A stretch of 64,000 nucleotides of DNA from an uncultured Gemmatimonadales bacterium (GTDB taxonomy: Bacteria > Gemmatimonadota > Gemmatimonadetes > Gemmatimonadales > GWC2-71-9): assembly GCA_963728915.1 (NCBI GenBank), contig CAVSLV010000003.1, positions 160,001-224,000 on the forward strand, in the 5' to 3' direction. This document shows positions 29,770 to 39,757 of the stretch, in pieces (the first letter of the stretch is position 1; each line of letters begins with the position of its first letter). The notes beneath the pieces are model-generated. The model worked only from the letters and a program-made list of their open reading frames with translations. It was not told the DNA's origin and ran no database searches. The translations under genes were made by a program, and so were the position numbers.

Positions 29770-30216
29770 TCAGGCCACCCTGATCGAAGCAATCTCATCC
29801 CCCTGCCGGACCTTCTGCACCACGTCCATGCCGTTCCGGACCTGGCCGAAGACGGTGTGCTTCTTGTCGAGGTGCGGCTGGGGAGAGTGGCAGATGAAGA
29901 ACTGGCTGCCCCCGGTATCCTTCCCGGCATGCGCCATCGAGAGGGTCCCCGCCTCGTGGCGATGGATGTTCTTGTGGGTCTCGCACTTGATGGTGTACCC
30001 CGGCCCGCCGGTGCCCACCCGCGGGTTAGCGGGATCGCGGGAGAGCGGATCGCCGCCCTGGATCATGAAGTCACCAATGACCCGGTGGAATCGGGTGCCG
30101 TCGTAGAACTTCGCATTGGCCAGCTTCTCGAAATTCGCCACCGTGTCGGGGACTTCGGTGTCGAACAGCTCCGCCGTGATGGTCCCCCGGCTGGTCTCGA
30201 TCGTCGCGGTTTTCAT
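29770..30216 (-). CDS. Cyclophilin-type peptidyl-prolyl isomerase
   Basis: [29 protein letters not shown]. Confidence 0.95.
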   Translation of the reverse strand: MKTATIETSRGTITAELFDTEVPDTVANFEKLANAKFYDGTRFHRVIGDFMIQGGDPLSRDPANPRVGTGGPGYTIKCETHKNIHRHEAGTLSMAHAGKDTGGSQFFICHSPQPHLDKKHTVFGQVRNGMDVVQKVRQGDEIASIRVA

Positions 30217-30290
30217 GGCTCCTCAGGACGTTGACTGGGGGACAAGTTAGCCGGTCGGACGGACCCCCCGACAGGGTTATCTTCGCGGCC

Positions 30291-30917
30291 ATGGACGAGC
30301 TGGAATCGGAACGCCATCAGGCCATCCGGGCGCTCTCCGCGGCGGTCACCGCCGAACGTCTTCCGGTCGAGCAGTTCGAATCCCGGCTCGCCCTGGTCCG
30401 CCAGGCCCCCAATCGCGCCACCCTCGACGCCATTGTCGCCGACCTGATCCCGACCGGCGAGTACGATCCGCCGGTCCAGGTCCGGCAGCTCCCCACCTCC
30501 CCCGGACCCGCCGACCCGGTGGCTCCCGCCGAGGTCCTCCGGATCGCCGCCATTCTCAGCACTTCGAAGCGCGCCGGATCGTGGACGGTCCCCTACCGGC
30601 TCGACGTCAAAGTCCTGCTGGGCGACCTCACCATCGACCTGCGCGACGCCGTGTTCTTCGCCGACACGCTGGAGATCGAGCTGGACGTCCTGCTCGGCAA
30701 CCTGGTCCTGATCCTGCCTGCCGGCACTCAGGTCGAGAACGAATCCGAGGAACGCTGGAGCAGCACCACCCATTCCATCCGCTCCACCCTGGGCATCCAG
30801 CCGATCGGTCTCCTGGTCCGGATTACCGGCCGGGTCCGCTGGAGCAACCTCGAGATCAAGGAGAAGCGCCGCGCCGGCGACCCGCCGACCGGGTGGCGGA
30901 AGCTGCTCGGCGGCTGA
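30291..30917 (+). CDS. DUF1707 (SHOCT-like) plus LiaF-like toast-rack domain protein
   Basis: N-terminal ER...L...ERL...FESRL; C-terminal GDLTIDLRDA beta-repeats. Confidence 0.7.
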   Translation: MDELESERHQAIRALSAAVTAERLPVEQFESRLALVRQAPNRATLDAIVADLIPTGEYDPPVQVRQLPTSPGPADPVAPAEVLRIAAILSTSKRAGSWTVPYRLDVKVLLGDLTIDLRDAVFFADTLEIELDVLLGNLVLILPAGTQVENESEERWSSTTHSIRSTLGIQPIGLLVRITGRVRWSNLEIKEKRRAGDPPTGWRKLLGG

Positions 30918-31584
30918 GCGGTGGCGCGATCGCCGAGGGGCAGAGCGCATTGACCACGCAGGCCTCGCAGCGGGGACGGCGCGCGATGCAGACCCGCCGC
31001 CCGTGCCAGATGAGCAGATGGGACAGCAGGGTCCATTGCTTCCGGGGGAAGAGCTCCATCAGATCTTCCTCGATGCCGAGCGGCTCGGTATTGCGGGTCA
31101 GGCCCAGCAGGCCAGCCAGCCGGGTGACATGGGTGTCCACGGTCACCCCTTCGTTGATCCCGTAGGCATTCCCCAGCACGACGTTCGCGGTCTTCCTTCC
31201 CACGCCGGGCAGCTCCCGGAGCTGGTCCATGTCCCGGGGCACGATCCCACCATGCCGTTCGGTGAGCCCCTGGGCCATGCCGATCAGGCTTCTCGTCTTG
31301 TTCCGGAAGAATCCGGTCGAGCGGATCAGCTCTTCCACTTCGCCGGGGTCGGCCGTCGCGAGGCTCCGCGGGGTGGGAAACCGCCGGAAGAAGGCCGGGG
31401 TGACCAGGTTCACCCGGGCATCGGTGCACTGGGCCGAGAGGATGGTCGCGACCAGCAGCTCGTAGGGAGTCCGGAAATCCAGCTCGCAGTGCGCATCCGG
31501 GTACTCGCGATGGAGCAGCGTGAAGATCCGCCTGGCCCGGCGGGCGCGCTCGGCCGGAGTTTCCTTCGTCTTGCCGCGTTTCAC
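30856..31584 (-). CDS. nth: Endonuclease III
   Basis: LSAQCTD, HhH LPGVGRKTAN, VDTH, CX6CX2CX5C Fe-S motif. Confidence 0.95.
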   Translation of the reverse strand: MKRGKTKETPAERARRARRIFTLLHREYPDAHCELDFRTPYELLVATILSAQCTDARVNLVTPAFFRRFPTPRSLATADPGEVEELIRSTGFFRNKTRSLIGMAQGLTERHGGIVPRDMDQLRELPGVGRKTANVVLGNAYGINEGVTVDTHVTRLAGLLGLTRNTEPLGIEEDLMELFPRKQWTLLSHLLIWHGRRVCIARRPRCEACVVNALCPSAIAPPLSRRAASATRSAGRRRGASP

Positions 31585-33314
31585 GTGCGCCTCGCTCTCG
31601 CGAACTCGAGAAACCCTTCCGCGGTCCGGGTATTCAGCACGTCCTCTCGGGTCAGGCCGGCCTTGCGCGCCATCGCAAGGGCGTTCTCCTGATAGACGAT
31701 GGAATCGACTCCGTGGGCATCGGCGCCGATCGAGATCGACACGCCCAGGGCCCGGGCCCGCCGCACCAGCCGCCAGTCGAGGTCGAGCCGGTGGGGATCG
31801 CCATTGATCTCGAAGCCCACGCCTAGCTCCGCGGCCCGGGCGAACACCCGGTCCAGGTCGAACTTGAAGGGTTCCCGGGCCAGCAGGAGCCGGCCGGTGG
31901 GGTGCCCCATGAGGGTGAGGGCGGGATGCTCCAGCGCCGCGAGCAGCCGGTCGGTCATTTCCGCGGCTTCCATTCCCATCCGGGAGTGGACCGACCCGAT
32001 CACGAACTCGAATCCGGCCAGGAGCTCGCCGTCGTAGTCGAGCCGCCCGTCTCCCAGGATGTCGGACTCGATGCCTCTGAGGAGGCGGGCGCTGTCGGGG
32101 ACGCCGGTGAGGTGGGCGATCTCGTCCCACTGGCGGCGCACCTCCTCGGGCCCTAACCCGCCGGCATAGGCCGCGCTCTGGCTGTGGTCGGTGAGCCCGA
32201 GCCACGCATAACCCGCCTGGCGCGCCGCGGTCGCCAGCTCGGCGATGCCCTGTTTGCCGTCCGACCAGGTCGAGTGACAGTGGAGCAGGCCGGCCAGGTC
32301 GGATCGCTCGATCAGGCGGGGCAGCGCGTTCCGCTCCGCCAGCTCCACCTCGTCCAGGCCTTCCCGGAGCTCGGGGGGAATCCCGGCCAGCCCGAGCGCC
32401 TGGTAGAGCTCCGCCTCACCGCCGCAGGCCACCGGCTCGTTGCCACGCCGGAGTGTGACCCCGTCGAACGACAGACTCCGCTCCCGGGCTTTGGCCTCGA
32501 GCAGCGCCAGGTGCTCCGGGTTTCCCGTCCCCCGGACCAGGGCGCTCCCGAAGCTGATCGCCCGGACCACCAGGAGCCTCCCGGGGGTGCCGCCGGCGGT
32601 GCGGAATCCGACCTCCGATCCTCCCGGATTCACGTTGGTGATCGCGACCCCGCTCAGGTCGGCCAGTCCTCCGGAAAACCCACCGGGAGACTGGTCTCCC
32701 ACATCGACCACCAGCACCAGCTCGCCCGCGACTTCGGCGCGCCGGCGCACATCGCCGGCGACGACCACCCGCTCCACGCCCTCGAGCTCGGCGAGCGCGG
32801 CACGGAGGACTTCGGCTTCCCGGGCTGCTTCGTGCCACAGCGACAGGGTCCGCGCGCCGCGCACGAAGGCGATCCCCCGAAGGACCTTCTCGGCGGTCTT
32901 GGCTCCCAATCCCGGCAGCTTGGCGAGCCGGCCGTCCCGGGCCGCGTCTTCCAGCTGTTCCAGGCTGTCGATCCCCAGCTTCTGATGAATGGTGCGAACC
33001 CGCTTGAAGCCCAAGCCGGGGATCTCCGCCATCTCCAGCAAGCCGGGCGGCACTTCGCGACGGAGCTCTTCGAGGTAGCGCGAGCTGCCGGTGGTGAGCA
33101 GCTCGTGCACGATCGCCAGGGTCGCGGGTCCGATGCCTTTCGTGGCGGCCAGCGATCCGTCGGCGAGGGCCTCTTCCACCCCGCCGGGCAGCGCCATGAT
33201 CACCTTGGCCGCGGCCTGGAAGGCCCGGACCCGGAAGGGATTCTCTCCCTTGTACTCGAGGAACTCGGCGATCCGCTCGAGCACGCTGGCCACCGCGAGG
33301 CGATCGGTGCTCAC
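31581..33314 (-). CDS. polX: PolX-PHP family protein with non-canonical polymerase site
   Basis: GENPFRVRA, HhH repeats, IPPELRE; PHP motifs HCHS, TDHS, GIESD, SVHS, GHP, EING, DAH. Confidence 0.9.
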   Translation of the reverse strand: MSTDRLAVASVLERIAEFLEYKGENPFRVRAFQAAAKVIMALPGGVEEALADGSLAATKGIGPATLAIVHELLTTGSSRYLEELRREVPPGLLEMAEIPGLGFKRVRTIHQKLGIDSLEQLEDAARDGRLAKLPGLGAKTAEKVLRGIAFVRGARTLSLWHEAAREAEVLRAALAELEGVERVVVAGDVRRRAEVAGELVLVVDVGDQSPGGFSGGLADLSGVAITNVNPGGSEVGFRTAGGTPGRLLVVRAISFGSALVRGTGNPEHLALLEAKARERSLSFDGVTLRRGNEPVACGGEAELYQALGLAGIPPELREGLDEVELAERNALPRLIERSDLAGLLHCHSTWSDGKQGIAELATAARQAGYAWLGLTDHSQSAAYAGGLGPEEVRRQWDEIAHLTGVPDSARLLRGIESDILGDGRLDYDGELLAGFEFVIGSVHSRMGMEAAEMTDRLLAALEHPALTLMGHPTGRLLLAREPFKFDLDRVFARAAELGVGFEINGDPHRLDLDWRLVRRARALGVSISIGADAHGVDSIVYQENALAMARKAGLTREDVLNTRTAEGFLEFARARRT

Positions 33315-33949
33315 GGCAGCGCCTCGATCCGCCAGCAGAGCTCCAGCAGCTCGGCTTCGGAGGTCACTGCGCCGATGCCGGCCGGCACGCCGGTCTCCGA
33401 TTGCATCGGTGCGAAGAGGGGGACCATGGACTCCCGACGCTCGAGCCCTGGAGCCGGACCCGAGACCTCGAGCGCGGTGAAACCTTCCCGTCCCGGGCGA
33501 AGTCCGAGGATCGCGAGGGCATCGAGACGTTCGCCGCTCCGCATCCGGAACCAGCCATCGAGCGGCTCGGGCGGTCCATCGGACAGCACTCCCCAGATGG
33601 CAAGCGCCGGAAGCTGGACATAACGCGCCAATGCAGGCTCCGCCGTGGGCGATGGTCCGGGTGGCTGGACCAGCGCCCGGCGAAGCTCTTCCTCCGAAAC
33701 GATCCGGACCGGCTCGCCGCTCGCCCGAAAAAGAGCGGCATGATGGAGCAACGCCGAGAAGGCCTCGGTCGCTTCACCGAACCCCTCATCGGGCCTCATG
33801 GCGTGAAGCAGCTCGGCTGCTTCGCGCTCGAGCAGGACCAGGTCCCGGTCGGCGGAGTCCTTGCCGGCGGCGGCGAGATCGTCCCGGAGCCGGTCGAAGC
33901 GGTCCCGCCATTCGGCAAAGACCAGCTCGAACGGGGTGGGGCGGGTCAT
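33311..33949 (-). CDS. Hypothetical protein
   Basis: Coupled to both neighbours by 4-nt overlaps. Confidence 0.7.
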   Translation of the reverse strand: MTRPTPFELVFAEWRDRFDRLRDDLAAAGKDSADRDLVLLEREAAELLHAMRPDEGFGEATEAFSALLHHAALFRASGEPVRIVSEEELRRALVQPPGPSPTAEPALARYVQLPALAIWGVLSDGPPEPLDGWFRMRSGERLDALAILGLRPGREGFTALEVSGPAPGLERRESMVPLFAPMQSETGVPAGIGAVTSEAELLELCWRIEALP

Positions 33950-34776
33950 GAACCGCTCTTGGGAAGGAAATGGTCGAGCGCGCGGGTGAAGGCATCCGGG
34001 GCTTCGACATAGGGGACGTGACCACAGTCCGGGATCCGCACCAGGGGCGCGCGGAGCAAGCCGGCCAGCACTTCGGCGGTTTCCATCGGAATGGGATCGT
34101 CCTCGCCATGGACCACCAGCGCGGGAAGGGCGAGGGTCGCGAGCCGGGGGCGAAGATCGAAGTCGCCCAGGCTGGACCACACCTCGTCGTAGGTGCGGCC
34201 GGTGATCCGGAACGGGGTGAGCTCGAGCGACTGCCGCCAGTCGTGGAAGTACCCCGCGACCGACAGGGCGAACATCCGCCGGCGATAGGTCTCGTCGCCT
34301 AACCCGCCCCGCCCCGCCGCCTGGGTTTCCCGGCGGAAGGCCTGGACCGGGGGCGCGGCGTTTCGGCCGGCCAGACGCCGTTCGAACTCGAGCCGGGCTC
34401 CCCGCCAGACCGGGGCACAGGAGACCAGGGCCATGCGCTCCACCCGGCCGGGGTGCTCGAGCGCATAGAGCAGGGCGAGGAGGCCGCCCCAGGAATACCC
34501 CGTCAGGGTGAGTCGCTCGAGACCCCAGACGGTGCGGAGCGCCTCCAGGTCGGCGACCTGTTCCCGCCAGCCGACCGGGACCTCCCGTTCGACCGGTGAT
34601 TGTCCCCCGCCCCGCTGATCGTAGTAGATGAGGGTCCGGCCGACCGCCAGCCGGTCGAAGCCGGGAAGGAGGTAATCGTGGTGAGCCCCGGGACCGCCAT
34701 GCAGCACCACCACCTCGGGGCCGGACCCGGCCCGGCGCTCATAGAGCCGAACCCCGCGGACCTCTCGAACCGTCAC
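33946..34776 (-). CDS. Alpha/beta hydrolase (proline iminopeptidase-like)
   Basis: LHGGPG, YDQRG, GYSWGG, HGEDD, CGH. Confidence 0.88.
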   Translation of the reverse strand: MTVREVRGVRLYERRAGSGPEVVVLHGGPGAHHDYLLPGFDRLAVGRTLIYYDQRGGGQSPVEREVPVGWREQVADLEALRTVWGLERLTLTGYSWGGLLALLYALEHPGRVERMALVSCAPVWRGARLEFERRLAGRNAAPPVQAFRRETQAAGRGGLGDETYRRRMFALSVAGYFHDWRQSLELTPFRITGRTYDEVWSSLGDFDLRPRLATLALPALVVHGEDDPIPMETAEVLAGLLRAPLVRIPDCGHVPYVEAPDAFTRALDHFLPKSGS

Positions 34777-35228
34777 AGCAGCACAGCGAGGGCGTCCGCC
34801 ACCTTCCGAACCTCGGCTTCTTCCGGGGCGGTGAAGGGATCCGGTTCGTCGCTGTCCACGTCGATCTGTCCCAGGATGGTCTCGCCCAGGCGGATCAGCA
34901 CCACCAGCTCCGAACGGGTAAAGAGATTGCAGGCGAGATAGTGCTCCGCTGCGCGCACGTCGCCGACGTTCTGGTCTTCCCCGGTGGCGACCGCCCGCCC
35001 GCACACGCCGGCGCCTACCGGGATCCGGGTGTGCTCGGTCTCTCGTCCGCTCCAGGCCTCGAGCTCGAGCTGGTCCCCGTGCAGCATGTAGAGATAGACC
35101 GAGGTGTAGGGCGCTCCCGCGGCCCGGATCCGGTCGGCCGCAAACTGGAGCAATCCGTGTCGGTCCTCGTCCCGCGCGAACGCTCCCCGCAGCGCGGCGA
35201 CGATCGGTTCGGCGTGCAGCACCGCCAT
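34773..35228 (-). CDS. GAF-domain free methionine-R-sulfoxide reductase (MsrC-like)
   Basis: GVCG, YLAC, SELVV, IDVDS motifs. Confidence 0.78.
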   Translation of the reverse strand: MAVLHAEPIVAALRGAFARDEDRHGLLQFAADRIRAAGAPYTSVYLYMLHGDQLELEAWSGRETEHTRIPVGAGVCGRAVATGEDQNVGDVRAAEHYLACNLFTRSELVVLIRLGETILGQIDVDSDEPDPFTAPEEAEVRKVADALAVLL

Positions 35229-35743
35229 CAGGGCGGGCAGCCTTCCCGGCGACGGGTGTCGGCCAGGTCGATGATCTTCCAGCCTTCCGCGGTCCGGACC
35301 AGGTGGAAGAGGTCCACCCCGCAGTGGCTCAGCTTGTCGTCCAGGTAGAAGCTGTATTCGGCCCAGACCGAGGCGAGCCCGGCGTCCACGTGCACCACCG
35401 GGTTACGCAGCCGCTCGTCGAGCAACCCGACTTGCGCATTGGCGATGCCCGCCAGCCACTGCGTAGGGGACACAATGCCGACCATCGGCACGCTGTCCCG
35501 CACGCCGGTGGTCACCAGGCGCGCCTCGGGATGCAGGGTCGAGCGCATCTTGCTGCTGTCCTTCTCCCGCATCCCGATGAAGAGCTGCTGCACCACCGCG
35601 AAGACCTCCCGCTGGGCGTCGCTCCAGGCCTGACTCGCCATCGGGCGCTCCTGAGCGGGCTCCCGCATCCGCTGCTGGGAAGACGCGGCGTGCAGGGGAG
35701 CGCCCAGACACCATGCGCCGAGCGCGAGCCATCGGTATCTCAT
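35228..35743 (-). CDS. Secreted NTF2-like / lumazine-binding family protein
   Basis: LASVWAEYSFY...SHCGVDLFHLV...GWKI; signal peptide. Confidence 0.78.
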   Translation of the reverse strand: MRYRWLALGAWCLGAPLHAASSQQRMREPAQERPMASQAWSDAQREVFAVVQQLFIGMREKDSSKMRSTLHPEARLVTTGVRDSVPMVGIVSPTQWLAGIANAQVGLLDERLRNPVVHVDAGLASVWAEYSFYLDDKLSHCGVDLFHLVRTAEGWKIIDLADTRRREGCPP

Positions 35744-35778
35744 CGTACCTCTTCGAAAAAAAAGTGGTCGTGGCACAC

Positions 35779-36159
35779 TCAGCCCGAGGCGGGAGGGGGC
35801 CTCCGCCCCGGGTCCGACAGCAGGCGCTCGGTGAAATCCACCCGTTCCGAGAGATCGCTCACCTCGCGGCGCAGCGCTTCGACTTCCTCCAGGAGCTCGG
35901 TGGGCACGCCGGACCCCAGTGTGGTGGTGTCTCCCGGGTCCCACTGGCGGACTTTCCGGCCCTCTTCGTCGCGGAACTCGCCGGCCGCGATCAGGATGAG
36001 ATCGTAGAGATACCAGAGCCCGAGTCCGCCGATGGTGCAGAGCTGGAGCAGCCCGGTGCCGATCTTCCCCACGTAGAACCGGTGGGCGCCGAAAACGCCC
36101 AGCGGGATGCAGAGCGCCAGGGCGACACCACGCGATTTATCGGAGGGCGGAGTGGTCAT
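35779..36159 (-). CDS. TM2-domain protein with C-terminal coiled coil
   Basis: LGVFGAHRFYVG; tail ERVDFTERLL. Confidence 0.82.
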   Translation of the reverse strand: MTTPPSDKSRGVALALCIPLGVFGAHRFYVGKIGTGLLQLCTIGGLGLWYLYDLILIAAGEFRDEEGRKVRQWDPGDTTTLGSGVPTELLEEVEALRREVSDLSERVDFTERLLSDPGRRPPPASG

Positions 36160-36162
36160 CGT

Positions 36163-37626
36163 TCAGAAGGTACCGCCGGATTCCTCGCTCGTCACTTCCC
36201 GCCCGATCGTGACGGTTTGCTCCAGGAAGAGCTCCAGGTCCGAGATCACCGTTCGATGATTGGTGATCGCCACCCGGATGCCGAACCTGTCTCCCAGCAC
36301 CGTGGCGGAAGGGACCGCGACGCCGCGCTCCTGTAACCGCATCAGGATTTCCTGGTTCACCCGGTCGAGGGTCTCGCGGGGACCCCGGCAATAGCGGAGA
36401 CACACGATGTTGAGCGGGACCGGCGCCAGCAGCTCGACTTCGGCGTGGCGATGGACCAGCCCGGCCAGGTGTTTGGCCTGCGCGACGTTCTGTTCGATCA
36501 ACCGGGCGTACTTCGCAACGCCGTGTTCCTTGAGCAGCATCCAGACCTTGAGTCCGCGAAACTCCCGGGAAAGCTCCGGGCTCAGCGAGCCGGGGTCGTG
36601 GTCGACCGGCGCCGCGCCCCGGGGCAACCGCGCCAGGTAGCTGGCGTGGACCGCGAAGGGCCGCCGATGGGCCTCGGGATCCCGGACCAGCACGGCGCCC
36701 ACGTCGTACGGCATGTAAAGCCACTTATGCAGATCGAAGGCGATCGAATCGGCGCGCTCCATGCCCGCGACCAGCGGGCGCAGCGTGTCGGAGAGCGCCG
36801 CCAGCGCGCCGAAGGCCCCATCGATGTGGAGCCACAGGTCCTCCCGCTCGCAGAGATCGGCCAGGGCGGAGAGGTCGTCGATCGCGCCGGTGTTCACGGT
36901 GCCGGCGTTGCCGATCACGCAGGCGGGCCGCCGGCCCAGAGCGCGATCGGCGGTGATGGCCTCCTGGAGCGCGGCCGGCTCGATGCGGAAGTCGGGCGCC
37001 ACCGGGATCCGGCGCAAGCCGTCCTTCCCGAGACCGAGCAGGCGGATCGCCTTGTCCACCGAATTGTGGGTTTCGCTGGAGGCGTAGAACACCGGGATCT
37101 GCCCCGCCCCGCCTAACCCGCTCTCCGTGATGGCGGGGTCGGCCGCGTCCCGCGCCGCCGCAAGCGCCACCAGGTTCGCCACCGACCCGCCGGTCACCAG
37201 GACTCCGCTCGATTCGGCGGGAAACCCCAGCATCGTCTTGCACCAGGCCAGGACCTGCTCTTCGACGCAGGGCGCGATCTGGTTGCCGCCCCCGGCATTG
37301 GTGTTGATCACCGCGGTGGCGAGCTCGGCCAGCGCGCCGCTGGGGGAGCCGGTGCCGTTCACCCAGCCCCAGAAGCGGGGATGCACATTGCCCCACGGGT
37401 ACGGCAGCACCAGGCGGTGAAAGTCCTCCCAGGCCGCGGCGAGCCCCGCTCCCTTCCGGGGCAGCTCGGCCCGCAGCGCCTCCTTCACTTCGGGCGGCGG
37501 CGGCTGCCAGACGGGACGATCCCGCAGGGTGCTGAGCCAGTCCACCAGCTCATCGAGCACCTGATGGCCGTGGCTCCGGAACTCCTCCCAGGATTCCGGA
37601 TCCAGATTCTCCTCAGGTCGGGCCAT
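36163..37626 (-). CDS. Group II PLP-dependent (aromatic) amino acid decarboxylase
   Basis: HPRF, GGSVAN, AGTVNTGAID, HIDGAFG, DLHKW. Confidence 0.9.
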   Translation of the reverse strand: MARPEENLDPESWEEFRSHGHQVLDELVDWLSTLRDRPVWQPPPPEVKEALRAELPRKGAGLAAAWEDFHRLVLPYPWGNVHPRFWGWVNGTGSPSGALAELATAVINTNAGGGNQIAPCVEEQVLAWCKTMLGFPAESSGVLVTGGSVANLVALAAARDAADPAITESGLGGAGQIPVFYASSETHNSVDKAIRLLGLGKDGLRRIPVAPDFRIEPAALQEAITADRALGRRPACVIGNAGTVNTGAIDDLSALADLCEREDLWLHIDGAFGALAALSDTLRPLVAGMERADSIAFDLHKWLYMPYDVGAVLVRDPEAHRRPFAVHASYLARLPRGAAPVDHDPGSLSPELSREFRGLKVWMLLKEHGVAKYARLIEQNVAQAKHLAGLVHRHAEVELLAPVPLNIVCLRYCRGPRETLDRVNQEILMRLQERGVAVPSATVLGDRFGIRVAITNHRTVISDLELFLEQTVTIGREVTSEESGGTF

Positions 37627-37673
37627 ACGGCCTCCTCTTGCGGTCAGTACACGGGACGAGGAAGATACTTCCC

Positions 37674-39209
37674 ATGATCCTCCCTCTTGCCTTGCTCGCC
37701 GCAGCGGCCCAGGCGCCCGATACCGGCTTTCGAGCCCGGATCGATCGGTGGCGCGAAGCCCGGGAAACCGCCATCGTCACGGAGCTGACCGAGCTCCTCT
37801 CGATCCCGAATCTCGCGTCCGATTCGGTCAATATCCGGCGCAATGCCGCCCTCATCATGCGGCTGCTCGAAAAGCGCGGGGCCCGAACCCGGCTGCTCGA
37901 GGCGCCGGGCTCGCCTCCCGCCGTCTATGGAGAGCTCCTGGCGCCCGGCGCGACCCGCACCGTGGTGTTCTATGCCCACTACGACGGCCAGCCGGTGGAT
38001 CCCGGCCGGTGGGTTTCGCCGCCGTGGCAGGTCACCCTCCGCGACGGTCCGCTCGTCCCGGGACAGACCCCGAAGACCCTCCCCATGCCCGCCGAAGGGC
38101 AGCGCTTCGATCCCGAATCGCGGCTCTTCGCCCGCTCGGCGAGCGACGACAAGTCGCCGATCATCGCCATGCTGACGGCCCTGGATGCCTTGAAGGATTT
38201 AGGGCTCACCCGGTCGGTCAATCTCAAGTTCTTTTTCGAGGGTGAGGAGGAAGCAGGCTCCCAGCACATCCACGACATGCTGTCCCTGCACAAGGACCTG
38301 CTCAAGGCGGATCTCTGGCTCTTCTGCGATGGGCCGGTGCACCAGAGCAGGCGGCCGGTCATCGCCTTCGGGGTACGCGGGGTGATGGGGGTGAACCTCA
38401 CCATTTACGGGCCGCTCCGGCCCCTCCACAGCGGCCACTACGGGAACTGGGCTCCCAACCCCAACGTGATGATGGCGCATCTCGTCGCGTCCCTGCGCGA
38501 CGAAGAGGGCAAGATCCTGATCGACGGGTTCTACGATGACGTGCGCCCGTTTTCCGAGGCCCAGAAGCGAGCCCTGGCGGCCATGCCACGCATGGAGGAT
38601 CAGCTCGCGGCGGAGCTCGAGCTGGGACGCACCGAGGGAAACGGAGCGTCCCTGGTCGAGCTGGTCTCGCGACCGGGTCTCAATGTGAGCGGACTCTCGG
38701 GCGGGCAGACCGGAGCGCGCTCGGCGAACGTCATCGTCCCGGAGTCCAGCGCGTATCTCGACTTCCGGCTGGTGCCGGATCAACGGCCCGAGCGGATCCG
38801 CTCCATGCTCGAGGCCCATTTCCGGAAGCTGGGCTACTTCGTGGTGCACGACGATCCGGATAGCGCCACCCGGCGGGCCCATCCCCGGATCGTGAAGATG
38901 ACCGGGGACGGGGGCTACCCGGCCACTTCGACGGCGCTCGATCTGCCGGTCTCCCGCGCGGTGATTCGCGCCGCGGAGGAGGCTCTGGGCCAGCCGGTGA
39001 TCGTGGAGCCTCCGATGGGCGGAAGCCTGCCGCTCTTTCACTTCGAGGAGGTGCTCGGGGTCCCGCTGATCATGACGCCGATGGTCAACCATGACAACAA
39101 CCAGCACGCCGAAAACGAGAACCTCCGGATCAGGAATCTCTGGGACGGGATCGCGCTCTATGCCGGCCTGGTCGCGAAGATCGGCGGCGAGTGGAAGGTG
39201 ATGCCCTAG
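37674..39209 (+). CDS. Secreted M20 family metallopeptidase
   Basis: YAHYDGQP, RSASDDK, EGEEE, HSGHYG, NQHAENE. Confidence 0.9.
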   Translation: MILPLALLAAAAQAPDTGFRARIDRWREARETAIVTELTELLSIPNLASDSVNIRRNAALIMRLLEKRGARTRLLEAPGSPPAVYGELLAPGATRTVVFYAHYDGQPVDPGRWVSPPWQVTLRDGPLVPGQTPKTLPMPAEGQRFDPESRLFARSASDDKSPIIAMLTALDALKDLGLTRSVNLKFFFEGEEEAGSQHIHDMLSLHKDLLKADLWLFCDGPVHQSRRPVIAFGVRGVMGVNLTIYGPLRPLHSGHYGNWAPNPNVMMAHLVASLRDEEGKILIDGFYDDVRPFSEAQKRALAAMPRMEDQLAAELELGRTEGNGASLVELVSRPGLNVSGLSGGQTGARSANVIVPESSAYLDFRLVPDQRPERIRSMLEAHFRKLGYFVVHDDPDSATRRAHPRIVKMTGDGGYPATSTALDLPVSRAVIRAAEEALGQPVIVEPPMGGSLPLFHFEEVLGVPLIMTPMVNHDNNQHAENENLRIRNLWDGIALYAGLVAKIGGEWKVMP

Positions 39210-39211
39210 AC

Positions 39212-39757
39212 TCAGGCGCCGCCGCCGGAGGGATGCCCGGGCCACGAGGGCCGGGGGATTCCGGCATCCATCCGGTAGAAGCCGAGGTCCCGGGACGAGC
39301 GCAGCTTGGCGATGTAGAGGATCTGCCCGGCGTGCATCGCGAAGTGCTCGACTACGTGATAAATCGCTTCCATCACGGTCGTCTCGCGTCCCTGGATCCG
39401 GCGCCGCTCCTGGAGCGATGCCGGATCGGTCCGGGCGAGCACCGCGTCCACCTCGCTCACCGCGGCGGCCAGGGTCGCGAGCAGCTGGTCGCCGGAGACG
39501 CCGTCCTGGGCGGCAAACTCGGCGGGACGGTCCCGCCGATCGGGCGCACCACCGATGCCGCTCCCGATCCACTGGCGGATGTTCCCGGCCAGATGGAGCA
39601 TCAGGTTTCCGATCGCATTGGAGGCCGGGTTAGGGCGCCACCAGAGGTCTTCCTCGGTCAGCCCGGCGACGGCGGCGCGAATCTTGGGGAGGTAGTGCGC
39701 GGTGAAGTATTCCCGCGACTGGGCCAGGAATGCCGCTCCGGTTGCCATACTGGTCAT
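39212..39757 (-). CDS. DinB/DUF1572 family protein
   Basis: NAIGNLMLHLAGN, RDRPAEF, EHFAMHAGQI. Confidence 0.85.
   Translation of the reverse strand: MTSMATGAAFLAQSREYFTAHYLPKIRAAVAGLTEEDLWWRPNPASNAIGNLMLHLAGNIRQWIGSGIGGAPDRRDRPAEFAAQDGVSGDQLLATLAAAVSEVDAVLARTDPASLQERRRIQGRETTVMEAIYHVVEHFAMHAGQILYIAKLRSSRDLGFYRMDAGIPRPSWPGHPSGGGA

Noticed and set aside
30856..30917. 62-nt convergent overlap between nth and the LiaF-like gene (and 23 nt at 19070-19092)
   Set aside because: Most likely low-complexity tail extension after stop-codon drift in GC-rich DNA; no evidence for a function.
35756..35763. A8 tract (T8 on the minus strand) after the TM2 gene, as terminator or phase-variation site
   Set aside because: It is intergenic and has no convincing upstream stem.
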